DNA of 63,380 bases, taken from the IMG/VR virus record IMGVR_UViG_3300032046_000023, positions 1-63,380 of that record; one strand, 5' to 3'. Below the pieces are notes generated by a model that did not search any database, was not told the DNA's origin, and worked only from the letters and a program-made list of their open reading frames with translations. The stretch is from a virus (Duplodnaviria > Caudoviricetes). Both the position numbers and the translations under genes were made by a program. Below, piece after piece: positions 8,308 through 19,300 of the stretch (position 1 is the stretch's first letter; every line of letters starts with the position of its first letter).

Positions 8308-11300
8308 TGACCGTGCCCGATCATTTTCGAGATTCGGATTATCCGCATCAGTAAGTTTGTCACCGCTCCGGATATGTTCGGGAATTTTTCGCGGCTAAGG
8401 TAAATCAAATCTCCGGCCTGACAGGGGAATAGAACACGGGAGGATGTGAAGGAATAATAGGTTTTGTTCAGGAGCGGAATGATGGCATCGCCGAGTGTTC
8501 CCGCGTCGGTCTCTGAGGGAATGGCGGTATAGATATCCAACCTATTAAAATGGCGTGAACGGTATTGGGCGTTTGGTACCGTTTTCTTAATCCATTGATA
8601 GCGTTCCGTACCCGGATCTTCGTTGTAATGAACATGGATTTCATAATAGATATTGGCCTGGTCTCGTATACCGGTGAAGTCCTTGATGTGCTGATCCATA
8701 ACATACCGGATATCGGAAGGGGCGGCGGTCAAGGCAATCTTGATTCCGATCTTGCCGTCCACGCCCTGGTAGGTCCATCCGCGAACGCTGTGTTCGAGAA
8801 GTACGAATATCTCCTCCATCGACCGTTCTTTATAACAAGGTAAGGCAAGCGTCGTTGTCCGGGCATATTTCGTTCGGTAGATATTATCCCAATCGAGTTC
8901 GCCATCCGTGAGACCGTACCAATTCTGGCAGGCATAGGCGAAAATCTCCGCGCCGTTGGTGATTGCCGTATCGATTTCATCGACTAGGCCGTCAAAGGTC
9001 ACTGTGATCCTGTCCGATGTAGTCCATAAAAACGTTGAAGCCAGGGTAAGACGTCCCCGCCAGTAATCGATCCAATAATCGGTGTTGGCTATTAGGGGGG
9101 TGCCGTTTAGTTTGACCGCCGAAACGCTTTTGACTCGACCGTTATTGAACTCGAAAATATAACTTGCGGTATCGATGCAGTTGACGGGGATATCTATCTG
9201 CGTCCCAAAATAATACGGTCTCCATTTGTCGGTTAGATTCGTTGTATCCATGTTTGGGAAATCGGTCACCGTATATTTCATCCAGGGAACGGATCGTCCG
9301 AGTCCCTCCCGGAAATCGAGTGTATTAATAACCATTGAGGCATCGTTTATCTCGCAGGAGTCGATGATCCCGGTATAAATGGGAGGATCAAATTCGGCAT
9401 AGGTGAAACTTGCAAGTCCGGCCTTAAGGATTATTTTGCGATTCTCCCAGTAATATTTGGCGAACGGGATAAAAAAGAACGGCGCATTGTTTATCGGGCC
9501 TTGACTTACCGTGAATGATCCGCCCTGCAAGGTCAATCCGCCTTCAAAATAAGGTTTGATCTCCTGGCTCATATCGGGGATTCCCTCAGAGTTGAGAAGC
9601 GGAAGATAATAATTACCGTTGTAAACCACTTCCGAACCCGCTGCCTGTTTGTTGGTAATATAAATCCAAATCGAGGCCGTCATAGTAAAGACGGCGGGGC
9701 TGGCATCCGTCGAGGTATGGACATAAAGTTTTCGGGCATAGTAATCGAAATAGAAGGTCGAAGGCGTTAGGGCCGTCGTCGTCAATTCCGTATAAGCCGT
9801 ACCGTTCTCATAGACCAAATCAATATCCGTTCCTCGTTCTTCAACGGTAGTTTCATAGACATGACCGGCCGTCTGTGTCCATCCGGTCAAGAATAACAAG
9901 GGATTGATTTCCAACAGATAGATAAGTTCGGCTTTTTGCTTGAGCATCAACTTTTCAAACCTGGAGGGAAGATATACGGCGGATGTAGTATGATTGACGG
10001 ATGCCGTAAGTGTTCCTTCGCCCGCACCGTTTATTGCCGAAACTTTGAAATAATATTTCGTATCGGCTGTCAAATCCCATACTTTATAGGATTGGAGAGT
10101 TCCTTTAATATCGGCAATTTCGGAAAAACCCGAATTGACGGGCGATTTATAAATCTTATTCCTCAATGTTCCGGCCGGATTCGTCCAGGTCAGTCTCATC
10201 CAGGTATCTTGATGAACATCGGAGACGGCCAGATCGGTTGGCGCGGCTAAGGCAATGGGGGTAGTGACTTCGACTTCGGCTGAATAAGCTGAATAGGCCG
10301 GACCGGCATCTTGCTGAGCACAAATTTTATAGGTATAGAGCGTGCCGGGCGTAAGACCGGTATTTCGATAATGGGTGACATTCTTTTCGGTAACGGCGGT
10401 GGGACTTGCCTGCGCCGGATATGCCCCGCCGTTCTTGCGATATAGGAAGTGATGATCTTCGGCTACGGAGTTGTCGTCGAAGGTGATATCAACGGTAGTG
10501 CCGTTGACGGCCGCGGCCGCGACATTGGACGGCGTTGAAATATTCGCCATCGTCCAGACTTGGCAGACATTGGAATGATCGGAGTTTCCGCTGTAATTAT
10601 AGGCATAAACCCTAAACCAGTAGTGCGTACCTTGGACAAGATCAGCAACCTCGAAGGTTTGCGTATTCGGCACGGCTATCGTGTCATGTAAAGAAAAGTC
10701 TGTTCCATTAGTGCTGATATAGATTTTGAATCCTGTTTCATTATTGGAATTATCCTGCCAGTTCAATCGGATTGTAGTCAGACCCGTGGCATAACCGGTA
10801 ACATCCGTTACGGCGTTGGGGACATCGCCCGTCCAAATTAAAAACCATTGGTAGCCGCTTTCCGTAAGGGCATTGTAGGCATAAATCTGATAATAATATT
10901 GCGTACCCGTATTGAGTCCGGGATCCGTGTATGATTCCTCATTCGGGCCGGTTGTATGGACGAGAACAAAATCACGGTAAATTTTGAATCCGCTTTCATT
11001 CTGTGAGTTGTCGTTCCAGAACATATGTACGTCGTCGTTATGGGCCGATCCGTAGAATCCGGTTGTCATCGGCAAATAGGTTACCGCACTTGCCGCGTCG
11101 GAATAATCCGTATAGAGTGATCCATAGGGATATTCGAGATTCGGGTATTCAAATCGAATCTGGTAATAATATTTCGTACCGTCGGCGAGTGATTCATCCC
11201 GGAAAAGGCACTCCATGCCATTCGAATATGCGATATGAGCGACTTGCGCATACGATCCACCGTCCGGTTTACGTTCAACGTCCAACCAGCCGGGTTGGTT

Positions 11301-11399
11301 TTGACTATAGTATGAACCGTTCGTCCAGCGAACGTCGATATGGCTCGCATCGATGACGATGAGGATGATGCTTTCCGGGGGAGTCGGTATTCCGCTCAT
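8280..11399 (-). CDS. Tail tip / baseplate hub protein with about 5 N-terminal fibronectin type III domains
   Basis: Repeated W.DNS.NE.GFKIY...L...T.Y.Y.I.AYN FN3 pattern; located downstream of the tape measure gene. Confidence 0.8.
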   Translation of the reverse strand: MSGIPTPPESIILIVIDASHIDVRWTNGSYYSQNQPGWLDVERKPDGGSYAQVAHIAYSNGMECLFRDESLADGTKYYYQIRFEYPNLEYPYGSLYTDYSDAASAVTYLPMTTGFYGSAHNDDVHMFWNDNSQNESGFKIYRDFVLVHTTGPNEESYTDPGLNTGTQYYYQIYAYNALTESGYQWFLIWTGDVPNAVTDVTGYATGLTTIRLNWQDNSNNETGFKIYISTNGTDFSLHDTIAVPNTQTFEVADLVQGTHYWFRVYAYNYSGNSDHSNVCQVWTMANISTPSNVAAAAVNGTTVDITFDDNSVAEDHHFLYRKNGGAYPAQASPTAVTEKNVTHYRNTGLTPGTLYTYKICAQQDAGPAYSAYSAEVEVTTPIALAAPTDLAVSDVHQDTWMRLTWTNPAGTLRNKIYKSPVNSGFSEIADIKGTLQSYKVWDLTADTKYYFKVSAINGAGEGTLTASVNHTTSAVYLPSRFEKLMLKQKAELIYLLEINPLLFLTGWTQTAGHVYETTVEERGTDIDLVYENGTAYTELTTTALTPSTFYFDYYARKLYVHTSTDASPAVFTMTASIWIYITNKQAAGSEVVYNGNYYLPLLNSEGIPDMSQEIKPYFEGGLTLQGGSFTVSQGPINNAPFFFIPFAKYYWENRKIILKAGLASFTYAEFDPPIYTGIIDSCEINDASMVINTLDFREGLGRSVPWMKYTVTDFPNMDTTNLTDKWRPYYFGTQIDIPVNCIDTASYIFEFNNGRVKSVSAVKLNGTPLIANTDYWIDYWRGRLTLASTFLWTTSDRITVTFDGLVDEIDTAITNGAEIFAYACQNWYGLTDGELDWDNIYRTKYARTTTLALPCYKERSMEEIFVLLEHSVRGWTYQGVDGKIGIKIALTAAPSDIRYVMDQHIKDFTGIRDQANIYYEIHVHYNEDPGTERYQWIKKTVPNAQYRSRHFNRLDIYTAIPSETDAGTLGDAIIPLLNKTYYSFTSSRVLFPCQAGDLIYLSREKFPNISGAVTNLLMRIIRISKMIGHGQCSVTVEEV

Positions 11400-12487
11400 G
11401 TATGTTCCCTAAACGACATATCCCAAGTCCAGATAGTTTCTCCGGCTTCGGCCTGCGGGCCGGTTGTATCGGTCATATTGACCCAGTAGCTATTGGTATT
11501 GGGGGCCGTCGAATCCAGACAAAGAACGACGGCTTTATGGATTCCCGCCTCGGCAATCATACCGTCGATACTGCCGGCATCGGTATCGGACAGACCGCGA
11601 AAGTTATACGGCCGGACATCCAGTCGCGTTTTCTCAACTGCCCAAAGATTGCCGCCGTCCGATTGATCGATAATGGAACCGTCCTCCTGATTCTTAGCCG
11701 TTGTTCCATAATACTGAGAAAGCTGCAAATATGATCCCACTACCACCGTTCCGATCTGGATATAGCCGGAAGGATTAGTGGTATCGACGACATATATTCT
11801 GAGATAACGTTCCGACCGGGCCGCCATCAAAAACTTGAAAAGATTATTGCCGTTGTAGGTCAAGGTATCATCAACCGGACTCGTAAATGTCGAATTATCA
11901 TCACCATAGAAAGTTATGGTTGCCCCGCTTTGAAGATTGTGATTGAGTAAGGCCACGGTGTCATAAGCCGTTGCCGTGATCAGGTCTACATCAATGCATT
12001 CGCTGGTATGAATCCGGCGATAATCGCCGGTAAACGTCTCGGCCGGACCGTCGTCCGATGTAATGATGAATCCCAAAAGTGAACCGGCCGTATGGGCCGT
12101 ATTAGCTCCCGATTGCCAAAGTAAGGTAAAATTGCCGGTTCTGGCGATGGTAAATTTCCCCGTTGATTCCGAATAACTAACGGTATAAGTTCCACCGGCC
12201 GCATCCATCCGAGTTTTGATTTCCGTAACAAGTGTCTGAGCCGTATAGGTTGCGGGAGTAATCGTGGCTAAGAGGTCTCCCGCATCTTCCTTAAAATCAA
12301 TATCATTATTGGCGGTCGTTACAACAAACCGCCCATTGCCGCTTCCCGTACCGTAACGTGAACGCCAAGGTAGACTGGTATCATCATCCTGAGTATTCTC
12401 GGCGGGGAATTGAGGATGTTCGCTCGATGTAGCGATAACCGAACCGCTGCGCCATAGGTTTTTGTATAGAAATCTTACGGTTGACAT
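11396..12487 (-). CDS. Distal-tail-like structural protein
   Basis: Directly after the tape measure gene; beta-rich, Thr-rich. Confidence 0.6.
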   Translation of the reverse strand: MSTVRFLYKNLWRSGSVIATSSEHPQFPAENTQDDDTSLPWRSRYGTGSGNGRFVVTTANNDIDFKEDAGDLLATITPATYTAQTLVTEIKTRMDAAGGTYTVSYSESTGKFTIARTGNFTLLWQSGANTAHTAGSLLGFIITSDDGPAETFTGDYRRIHTSECIDVDLITATAYDTVALLNHNLQSGATITFYGDDNSTFTSPVDDTLTYNGNNLFKFLMAARSERYLRIYVVDTTNPSGYIQIGTVVVGSYLQLSQYYGTTAKNQEDGSIIDQSDGGNLWAVEKTRLDVRPYNFRGLSDTDAGSIDGMIAEAGIHKAVVLCLDSTAPNTNSYWVNMTDTTGPQAEAGETIWTWDMSFREHT

Positions 12488-12497
12488 ATTTGCCTCG

Positions 12498-14648
12498 TTA
12501 CCTTACCGACGCTCCGGCGATAGTCAGTTCCCGCCGCCTGGATTTGCTTTCCACGATTCTAATGATCTTATCGTCGATTTCCTTGCCGCCGATATAATTA
12601 TGGACGTGTAGATTAATGGGCCTTCTTGATTCACCCCTTCCGGTAAAATCGCCAAAGGGGACAATCGCTTCCGGGCCTGCCTCACCCGCGATGTAGTGTC
12701 CACTCTTCGTCCAAAATTCGGTAGGTTTGGCAAATACCGCGCCTTCGGCCAGCGGAAGAGGTTGGGCCTGGATTGTTGCAATTTGGACCGCCCCCAGTGC
12801 CGCTACCAAAGCAGACTGAACCCAATTCCAGGGACCAAACGGTTTCGCCGTCATCGCATTGATGACGGCTGCCGCCGTACTAATTATAGCCTGAAAAACA
12901 CTGTATGCCTTCTCATCTTTTGCGGCTTTTCGCGCTATATTTTTTCTAGCTATTTCCTGTTTTTCGTCCAACACTTTCAATTTGTCGGCCTTTTCCTGAT
13001 CGGTTAAAAGAGAATTTGCAACCTGTTTCTTTTGAGCTTCATAATATCGATCCAAATCATCAATTTGCCTGTCTGTTGAAGCCCTGCTCAAACCGGCAAG
13101 GCCCCCGAAAAGATTACTAAAGGCGGCAGCCAAATCATTAATTCTCTTCAACATCAGCAATCGAATTTTCTCGGCCGCCTCCGTCCAATCATAGGGTACC
13201 CGGTCGGATGTTTCCTTGGATATGTGTTCCAATTCTTTTAATTGGTTTTCTGTTTCAATAATCCATCCCTTCCACGGAACGGAGATTTTTTTTATTAATG
13301 GATCACCTAATAAGGCCAAATTCAATGCAACCATCCCGACATCGGCAGACAACTCGGCCGCATTCATGGCCGCAACTTTTAATCGATGGCCAAGTTTAGT
13401 TATGGCATCTTCATCTAAACTTCCTTTGAATGAATATTTTAAATTTCTGGCATTCGTATCCAGATTCAACGCCGATCTTGCCATGTTTATCAACTGTTGA
13501 TCCATCGACTCCCACTGCGGGCTAACCTTTGCCTGTGTTATCCAAAGTGCTTTTAATGCTTCATCGGTAAGTCTGACTGATCCCGCCGAAGCGATTGCCG
13601 CCCTTCCGAAGTCGCCAAAAATCGTAGTTGATATCCTGAATTGTGCAATGTAATCCTGAAAAGACGCCTTGCCTTCATCTATGCGTTTATTAAATTCCTC
13701 CACCCCGCCTCGAAGTTGCTCTATAATCTTTCTACCAATAACATTTTGCGTAAAATAACTACCCGTATTTTCCTGTAATTCTCCGAGTGCCTTTTTTAAT
13801 TGAGTCTGTGCGCCGGTAAATGTATTCGTGGCATCCGTAGCCAACCGATACATTCCCTCCAATTTACTCAATAGTTGGGTCTGCTTTTCCGTTGCCGACA
13901 AATTTTCATCAACTCTTATCCCATATCGACCGAGGGCTCCATAATTCCCTTCCATCGCCTTGGCTACCAGCATGGTTGCCGAATGAAGGTCAATCCCCAA
14001 AGCCGAGGCTAGGCCGATAGAACCGCGAGTCGCCTGGTCTATTCCATCACTATTAAGTTTCGTAAGTTGCAAAAGTAATGTTTGAGCACCTTGCACTTGT
14101 TCATGAGTGAACATCGTGGCGTTATGCATACTCATGGCATAATTTTTGAAATGTTCGGTATTAAGACTGACTTCGCGGCCGGTAATTGCTAATGTCGATT
14201 TAAGGGCCGTATTGATCCGCTCCTCTTCCTTTGCTCCGGCAATTGCACCTTTGATATATCCCGTAAAATCTGCCCATGCCTTATGAGCTAATTTTGTAAT
14301 GCTGACAGCACCGATCATGGCTATTCCAAGTTGACCAAGTTGGCCGGAAAATAGTCCGGTTTCCTTAATAGCCCCGCCAAGTTCAGCCTTCATGGATCCA
14401 ATGCGGTCCTGGAGAACCTTCAACTGCTGTGGGGTTAATTCGCCCGCCTTGTTTAAAGCAAGTAAGCCAATCTCGGCTTCCTTCAGTTGTTTCTGTAAAT
14501 CAGTTTTGAGCGTAACGCCTAAACCTTTGGCAACGGTCTGCATGGCCGTACTGATTTTTTCAAAGGCTATTTCAGCATCATATAGACCACCAAGTAGACC
14601 CTTGGTGTTTAATCCGAGTTCTACGTACAGTTCGCCGACTTTGCCCAT
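12498..14648 (-). CDS. Tail tape measure protein
   Basis: N-terminal VGELYVELG, long Ala/Leu helical body, C-terminal LAEGAV...AGEAGPEAIVP motif. Confidence 0.9.
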   Translation of the reverse strand: MGKVGELYVELGLNTKGLLGGLYDAEIAFEKISTAMQTVAKGLGVTLKTDLQKQLKEAEIGLLALNKAGELTPQQLKVLQDRIGSMKAELGGAIKETGLFSGQLGQLGIAMIGAVSITKLAHKAWADFTGYIKGAIAGAKEEERINTALKSTLAITGREVSLNTEHFKNYAMSMHNATMFTHEQVQGAQTLLLQLTKLNSDGIDQATRGSIGLASALGIDLHSATMLVAKAMEGNYGALGRYGIRVDENLSATEKQTQLLSKLEGMYRLATDATNTFTGAQTQLKKALGELQENTGSYFTQNVIGRKIIEQLRGGVEEFNKRIDEGKASFQDYIAQFRISTTIFGDFGRAAIASAGSVRLTDEALKALWITQAKVSPQWESMDQQLINMARSALNLDTNARNLKYSFKGSLDEDAITKLGHRLKVAAMNAAELSADVGMVALNLALLGDPLIKKISVPWKGWIIETENQLKELEHISKETSDRVPYDWTEAAEKIRLLMLKRINDLAAAFSNLFGGLAGLSRASTDRQIDDLDRYYEAQKKQVANSLLTDQEKADKLKVLDEKQEIARKNIARKAAKDEKAYSVFQAIISTAAAVINAMTAKPFGPWNWVQSALVAALGAVQIATIQAQPLPLAEGAVFAKPTEFWTKSGHYIAGEAGPEAIVPFGDFTGRGESRRPINLHVHNYIGGKEIDDKIIRIVESKSRRRELTIAGASVR

Positions 14649-14649
14649 T

Positions 14650-15003
14650 CTATTCTCCGTAGACTTTTATTTTGTCCAAACTATCGCCGTCGAGTTTCGT
14701 CCAGAATTTTGACTTGAAAAACTTCAATCGTTCCCTCATCTGCCGTTGCCGTTCCTCATCACTTAACTCCGCTTCCTTTTCCTGTTTTTCCCGCTTTTCC
14801 TCATCGAGAAAACTGATAAGGTCTTCCGGCTTAACCGATTTTTTTGAAAAAGGAAAAGATAGGTTTATAAAGATTGCACCGAGAAAGGCCGCCCGCCGCC
14901 ATGATTCCTCTTCCTCGTTTCGTCGCCTTCGGGCAAATCCGTCCACTATCCCGGAAAATTCAGCGGGCGTGAGCGTCCAAAATTCGGCGGGCCGGAGTCC
15001 CAT
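14650..15003 (-). CDS. Tail assembly chaperone, downstream (gpT-like) frame
   Basis: GLRPAEFWTLTPAEF motif; reached by a -1 frameshift from the upstream gene. Confidence 0.85.
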   Translation of the reverse strand: MGLRPAEFWTLTPAEFSGIVDGFARRRRNEEEESWRRAAFLGAIFINLSFPFSKKSVKPEDLISFLDEEKREKQEKEAELSDEERQRQMRERLKFFKSKFWTKLDGDSLDKIKVYGE

Positions 15004-15056
15004 GTAATCGGCTTGATCCCGGCAGTCGTTAAAAAACTTCCGCCAGGTCCAGTCCT

Positions 15057-15410
15057 TTACTTCCGCTCCGGCTCGTTTTCGTTTTTTAGTTCTCCGGTCT
15101 CGTCTGTCCCGAATGAATTGTTAAAGGCTTCCGTGATGGCCGCCCCGACTTTCTCCATCTGCCCTTTTTCGATTGCCCCCTCAAGAAGTTCCCCCGCTTC
15201 CTTCAGCGTCAACTCCGGCTCCTCATGGATCAACCCGGCATAGAGGACGGCCCGCAATTCCTTGAGGGCCATCCTCTTTCCGAGTTTTTTTCCGAAGTTG
15301 ACGATGGGGAGATTCAAAATTTCCTCAAGCGTACAAAAGGCGTTGAAGTCATATCGGAGATGCCTGGTCCGGCCGTCCGCAAAGACAACCGGAATTGATT
15401 TGATAGGCAT
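15057..15410 (-). CDS. Tail assembly chaperone (gpG-like)
   Basis: LRYDFNAFCTLEE; lies between the tube and tape measure genes. Confidence 0.85.
   Translation of the reverse strand: MPIKSIPVVFADGRTRHLRYDFNAFCTLEEILNLPIVNFGKKLGKRMALKELRAVLYAGLIHEEPELTLKEAGELLEGAIEKGQMEKVGAAITEAFNNSFGTDETGELKNENEPERK
15081..15087 (-). promoter_or_regulatory. Programmed -1 ribosomal frameshift heptamer A AAA AAC
   Basis: In-frame XXXYYYZ heptamer; the -1 frame is open (KRKRAGAEVKDWTWRKFFNDCRDQADYM) into 14650..15003. Confidence 0.85.
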
Positions 15411-15436
15411 ATCCCTTTCCCCCTATGATTGATTTC

Positions 15437-15838
15437 TTAACTGACCGTCTGTGTGAGCGTAGAAGTACCCTGGATCGATCCGCTGAATTTGATCGCTTCC
15501 TCGAATCCGCCCGCGACTTTGATTGAGCTGAGATAACCCGATCCGGTAAAGGTTCCGCTGGAACCGGGCAGGGTCAACAAAACCGTCAGGGGAGTTGGTG
15601 TAAGTTCGGCAATATGATGTACCAGCATTTTCTGGGCGATATTGGTATAGGCAAAAAGTCCGTCAAAGTCGATGGACCATTCACGCGTTGAGGGCAGGAC
15701 TTCCCGCCATGTGTTGGAATCCCTGGAGGTTATGTCGCCTAATTTCTGGCTCATGTTCACCGTGAATGATTGACTTTCAGCAAGGGCCGAACCGTTTATG
15801 GTCAGGATCATTGTTTTTCCGAGAGCAGCAACACTCAT
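15437..15838 (-). CDS. Major tail tube protein (TP901-1-like)
   Basis: DITSRDS..WRE.LP..REWSI.FDG and F.G.GY.SS...GT..L pattern; strong AGGAG RBS. Confidence 0.88.
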   Translation of the reverse strand: MSVAALGKTMILTINGSALAESQSFTVNMSQKLGDITSRDSNTWREVLPSTREWSIDFDGLFAYTNIAQKMLVHHIAELTPTPLTVLLTLPGSSGTFTGSGYLSSIKVAGGFEEAIKFSGSIQGTSTLTQTVS

Positions 15839-15943
15839 GTAGTTTTCTCCTTTTTAAAATAGAAGGGGGCCTGAGTTGTAAAAACAGGAATTATCCCCCC
15901 TCCTGTATGCAAAAATCAGCCCGACAAACGGGCCGACACTAAC

Positions 15944-16360
15944 TTATGACGAAATAATAAATCTGAATCTTATAATTCCATGCCAGACTGAGACGGCCCC
16001 GGTATCATCCCTCACCAAGTCCGATCCTTCGAAGAAAACGGCGCTGGGCGTACCATAACCATCGAGCGTGAGCGTGGTTCCCGTTATCGCCTTAATAACT
16101 TTTTTCATCATGCCGTCGCACTCATGTTGCCAAGTGGAATCACTGAAAATATGAACGGTCAGGACATTTTCTTCAACATCATAATCCCGGTTTCCCCAGT
16201 CTGCCGAACGCCTGCCGACAAATTCACCTACATAGATATAGGGATATTCGGTAGGGGCCGTCGGGGTATAGTTATAAATGTCATATGTGTTTGTATAGGT
16301 AGACGTTGTTAGTCGGGCATAGACCGCCTTTAATATTTCCGCAAATCCAAGTTGTCTCAT
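15944..16360 (-). CDS. Tail terminator / completion protein (DUF3168-like)
   Basis: PYIYVGE...LTVHIFS...WHGIIRFRF; precedes the tube gene. Confidence 0.85.
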   Translation of the reverse strand: MRQLGFAEILKAVYARLTTSTYTNTYDIYNYTPTAPTEYPYIYVGEFVGRRSADWGNRDYDVEENVLTVHIFSDSTWQHECDGMMKKVIKAITGTTLTLDGYGTPSAVFFEGSDLVRDDTGAVSVWHGIIRFRFIISS

Positions 16361-16379
16361 TAGCGTGTTCCGTATTGTC

Positions 16380-19300
16380 CTAAAACTTATTGATGATATT
16401 TACCAAGCCGTGTTTGCTCATAAAGTAATCACGGGGGGCCGAATGGCGATACTCGTTATATTCCGGATCGTTTATCGTGATCTGATGTACGGCCTTGGCC
16501 TCTAAACAAACCGCCGCCCGCCATTTCGTCTTTTTGAGGTTTAGGAAAAAATCCATATGTTCATATTCGATCCGAATCCGGGGATCCCAATGAATGTCCC
16601 CGAAGACTTCCCGCCGCGCCAGGAAAAAATTGACCACCTGATCCGCATAGACAAACAATATACCGTCTGCCGATTTCAGGGTCTGTTTAGCCGCATAGCG
16701 AAACAGAACCCCGTTTTCCCTTACGAGTTCCAGACCTCGGGCATAACCCTCATTGGCGAAGTATTCTCCGTTCGGTTTATAAAGCACCCCCGCCGTAATC
16801 CCTACGTCGGATGTTTTTTCCAAGACTTCCTTCATATGCCGCATGGAATCCTTATCCATGAGTTCAATATCATCATCCATAAGCAGGAGATAATCCTCCT
16901 CGACTTGCTTGACCATCGTATTTCTTCCAATCGAGATTCCACAATTGAACGGTAGACGGAATATCATATGTCCGGCTTTTTCCAACTGCTGATATATATG
17001 TTCTTTTTTATCCGATATCCGACCGTCGTCGGCGATATAGAGACGGTAAGGAAAGGGGCAAAATTTCTCGACGGCGGCAATTGTCTTCTGGAGCGGCGCA
17101 TCGCGCATGAAGGTCTTGATACAGACGGCAACCGTCTTTCCCGTCCGTCCCATTCCCTTGCCCGTCAAGTCGATTGTCTCCCGACCTAGAATCATATTTT
17201 TGATTCTCGACGTACTGATGCCGTCCGTGTAGGGCAGGAAAACCACCTTGCCGCCGCCGGTCCGCACGTAATTCTCACCGGGACAGATTTTCCAGTCTGT
17301 CCCATGCACTAAATAGGCAGGAATAATTTTGTGTTTTTCCAAATCCTTGGTCGGGTCGGTATCGTTCTGTTCTATAACCAGGTCGGCAATCTTGAGCGAT
17401 TCGATGATCCGCCGACGTTGCTCAAAGGGAATTATCGGTTTGGGCTTATACCGTTCGGCCGCATCGTCGGTTAGGACTCCCACGATTAATTTTGTCCCCA
17501 GTTTCCGACAACGTTCCAAGATATTCAAATGGCCGATATGGAACAGATCCCATACCCCGCCGATGAATACGGGTTTCGACCGTTTGAACAGATTGTAATC
17601 GACGGCCCGACAATCCGTCCAATACCGATAAATCGGATTTCGCCTTTCCCATTCCGGCCCATATCGTTCAAATAGATATTGCTCCGGCGGACTGGGAACA
17701 AAACAACGATGGTCGTGAAAGAAAAATTCTTGCAGGTTTGTAAAAAGCGATTTGGTAAAAGCATGGGGCAAAAAGTTCGTATATAGGCGGGTCGTCTTAT
17801 CCGGACCGAACGCGCCGTGCCAATACCAGTCCCCTTTTTCGTAAAAGAAAAACAGGTCGATCTTGATATCACCGGCCTTGAAAGAAAGTTCGATTCGTTT
17901 TCCTTTCCAAGTCCATTCCTTATAAAGTATGAATCCGGCCTCGATGAAATCTTTCTCCAAATCATCCCATGCCGACAAGTTTTCCGGTGCGATTCCGATA
18001 TCTATGTCCGGGTCGCCTTCAATGAAATCATTTTCCCGGATTGCCCCCAGGCACGTTCCGGCCTCCAGCCACCATTTAACTTTGTTATGTTCGAGAATGA
18101 TGACGGCCTTATCCAACACAGTGTCTTTTTCCAAATTGTCCAGAGACATTTCTCCCTTCATTTTAACCGGATTGATCGGATTCCAATCGGACCAACTCCA
18201 ATCGACTTTCCATTTTTGGCCGAACAAGTGCCAACCGACTTTCCGGTTTCTATATTTTTTAAACTCCGCATTTTCTTCGTCTCCGGCATGAATCATCCAG
18301 ACATCCGGATAATAGGCAACCTTCCAATGGGTCTTCATTTTCAGACTTAAAAAGAAATCCGAATGTTCAAAAACCGCCTTAAACCGGCCGTCCCAAGGGC
18401 AATCGAACCAAACTTTGCGGCGCATCATAAAGATATTCAGCACCATATCGCACAGGAAAAATCGTTTGCCCGATTTCGTTTTTTCCCATACCGGTTCCGT
18501 CACCCGCCGGATATAATGAGTATCGCCCTCGATGGAAACATCGGCTTCATAATGCTGTTCTTTACCCGTCTCCAGCCTCAACAATCCGCCGATGATTCCT
18601 ATATCGGGTTGGTCATCTAAAATCTGCCGCCATGTCTCCAATGCGGTTCCATCGGTGAAAATGATATCGTCCTCGATGACGGCAACGTATTTATAATCCG
18701 GGGAAATCTGTTTGAAACTTTTATTGCGGGTTTCACTTACCCCGCAGTCAAAGGGCAGTTCCAGGTATTCGCAGTTATGGTGACGGCAAAATATTCGCTT
18801 TTTGTCGGTCGGTCTGCCGTTGTCGCCGACATAGATTTTGATATCGGGATAATATCGCCGGATACTTTCTATACAACGGATGAGACAATCATCGCGCAGG
18901 AACGTCGTAATGAGGATGCAGGTATCGGAAAACAGAATCGGCAATCCCTGCCGAAGTTGTTGTTCATCCGGATTTCGCTTGATGGGCAATACCCCCGTTT
19001 TAGTCTTTTCCAATCGTTCCCGGTTTTTCCGGAGCTGTACTATATTCTCCCGCCGGTTGCCCTGACTGTGCCATTGATGGAAATAGGCCGTTTGGTCTTC
19101 GATCCAGACGGGCACTTTGCCGGAATGAACGGCGCGGATATAAAAATCCGTATCCTCGGCTCCCCAAAGTTCATACTGTTCATCGTATCCGCGCACTTCT
19201 CGCGCCCATGCGCGAGAAACGACCTGACAGGTTCCATATCCGTGGGCGGGCCGGAGCGTTGAGACCTTTTTCATGGCCTCGTAATCGTCCAACCTTCCTG

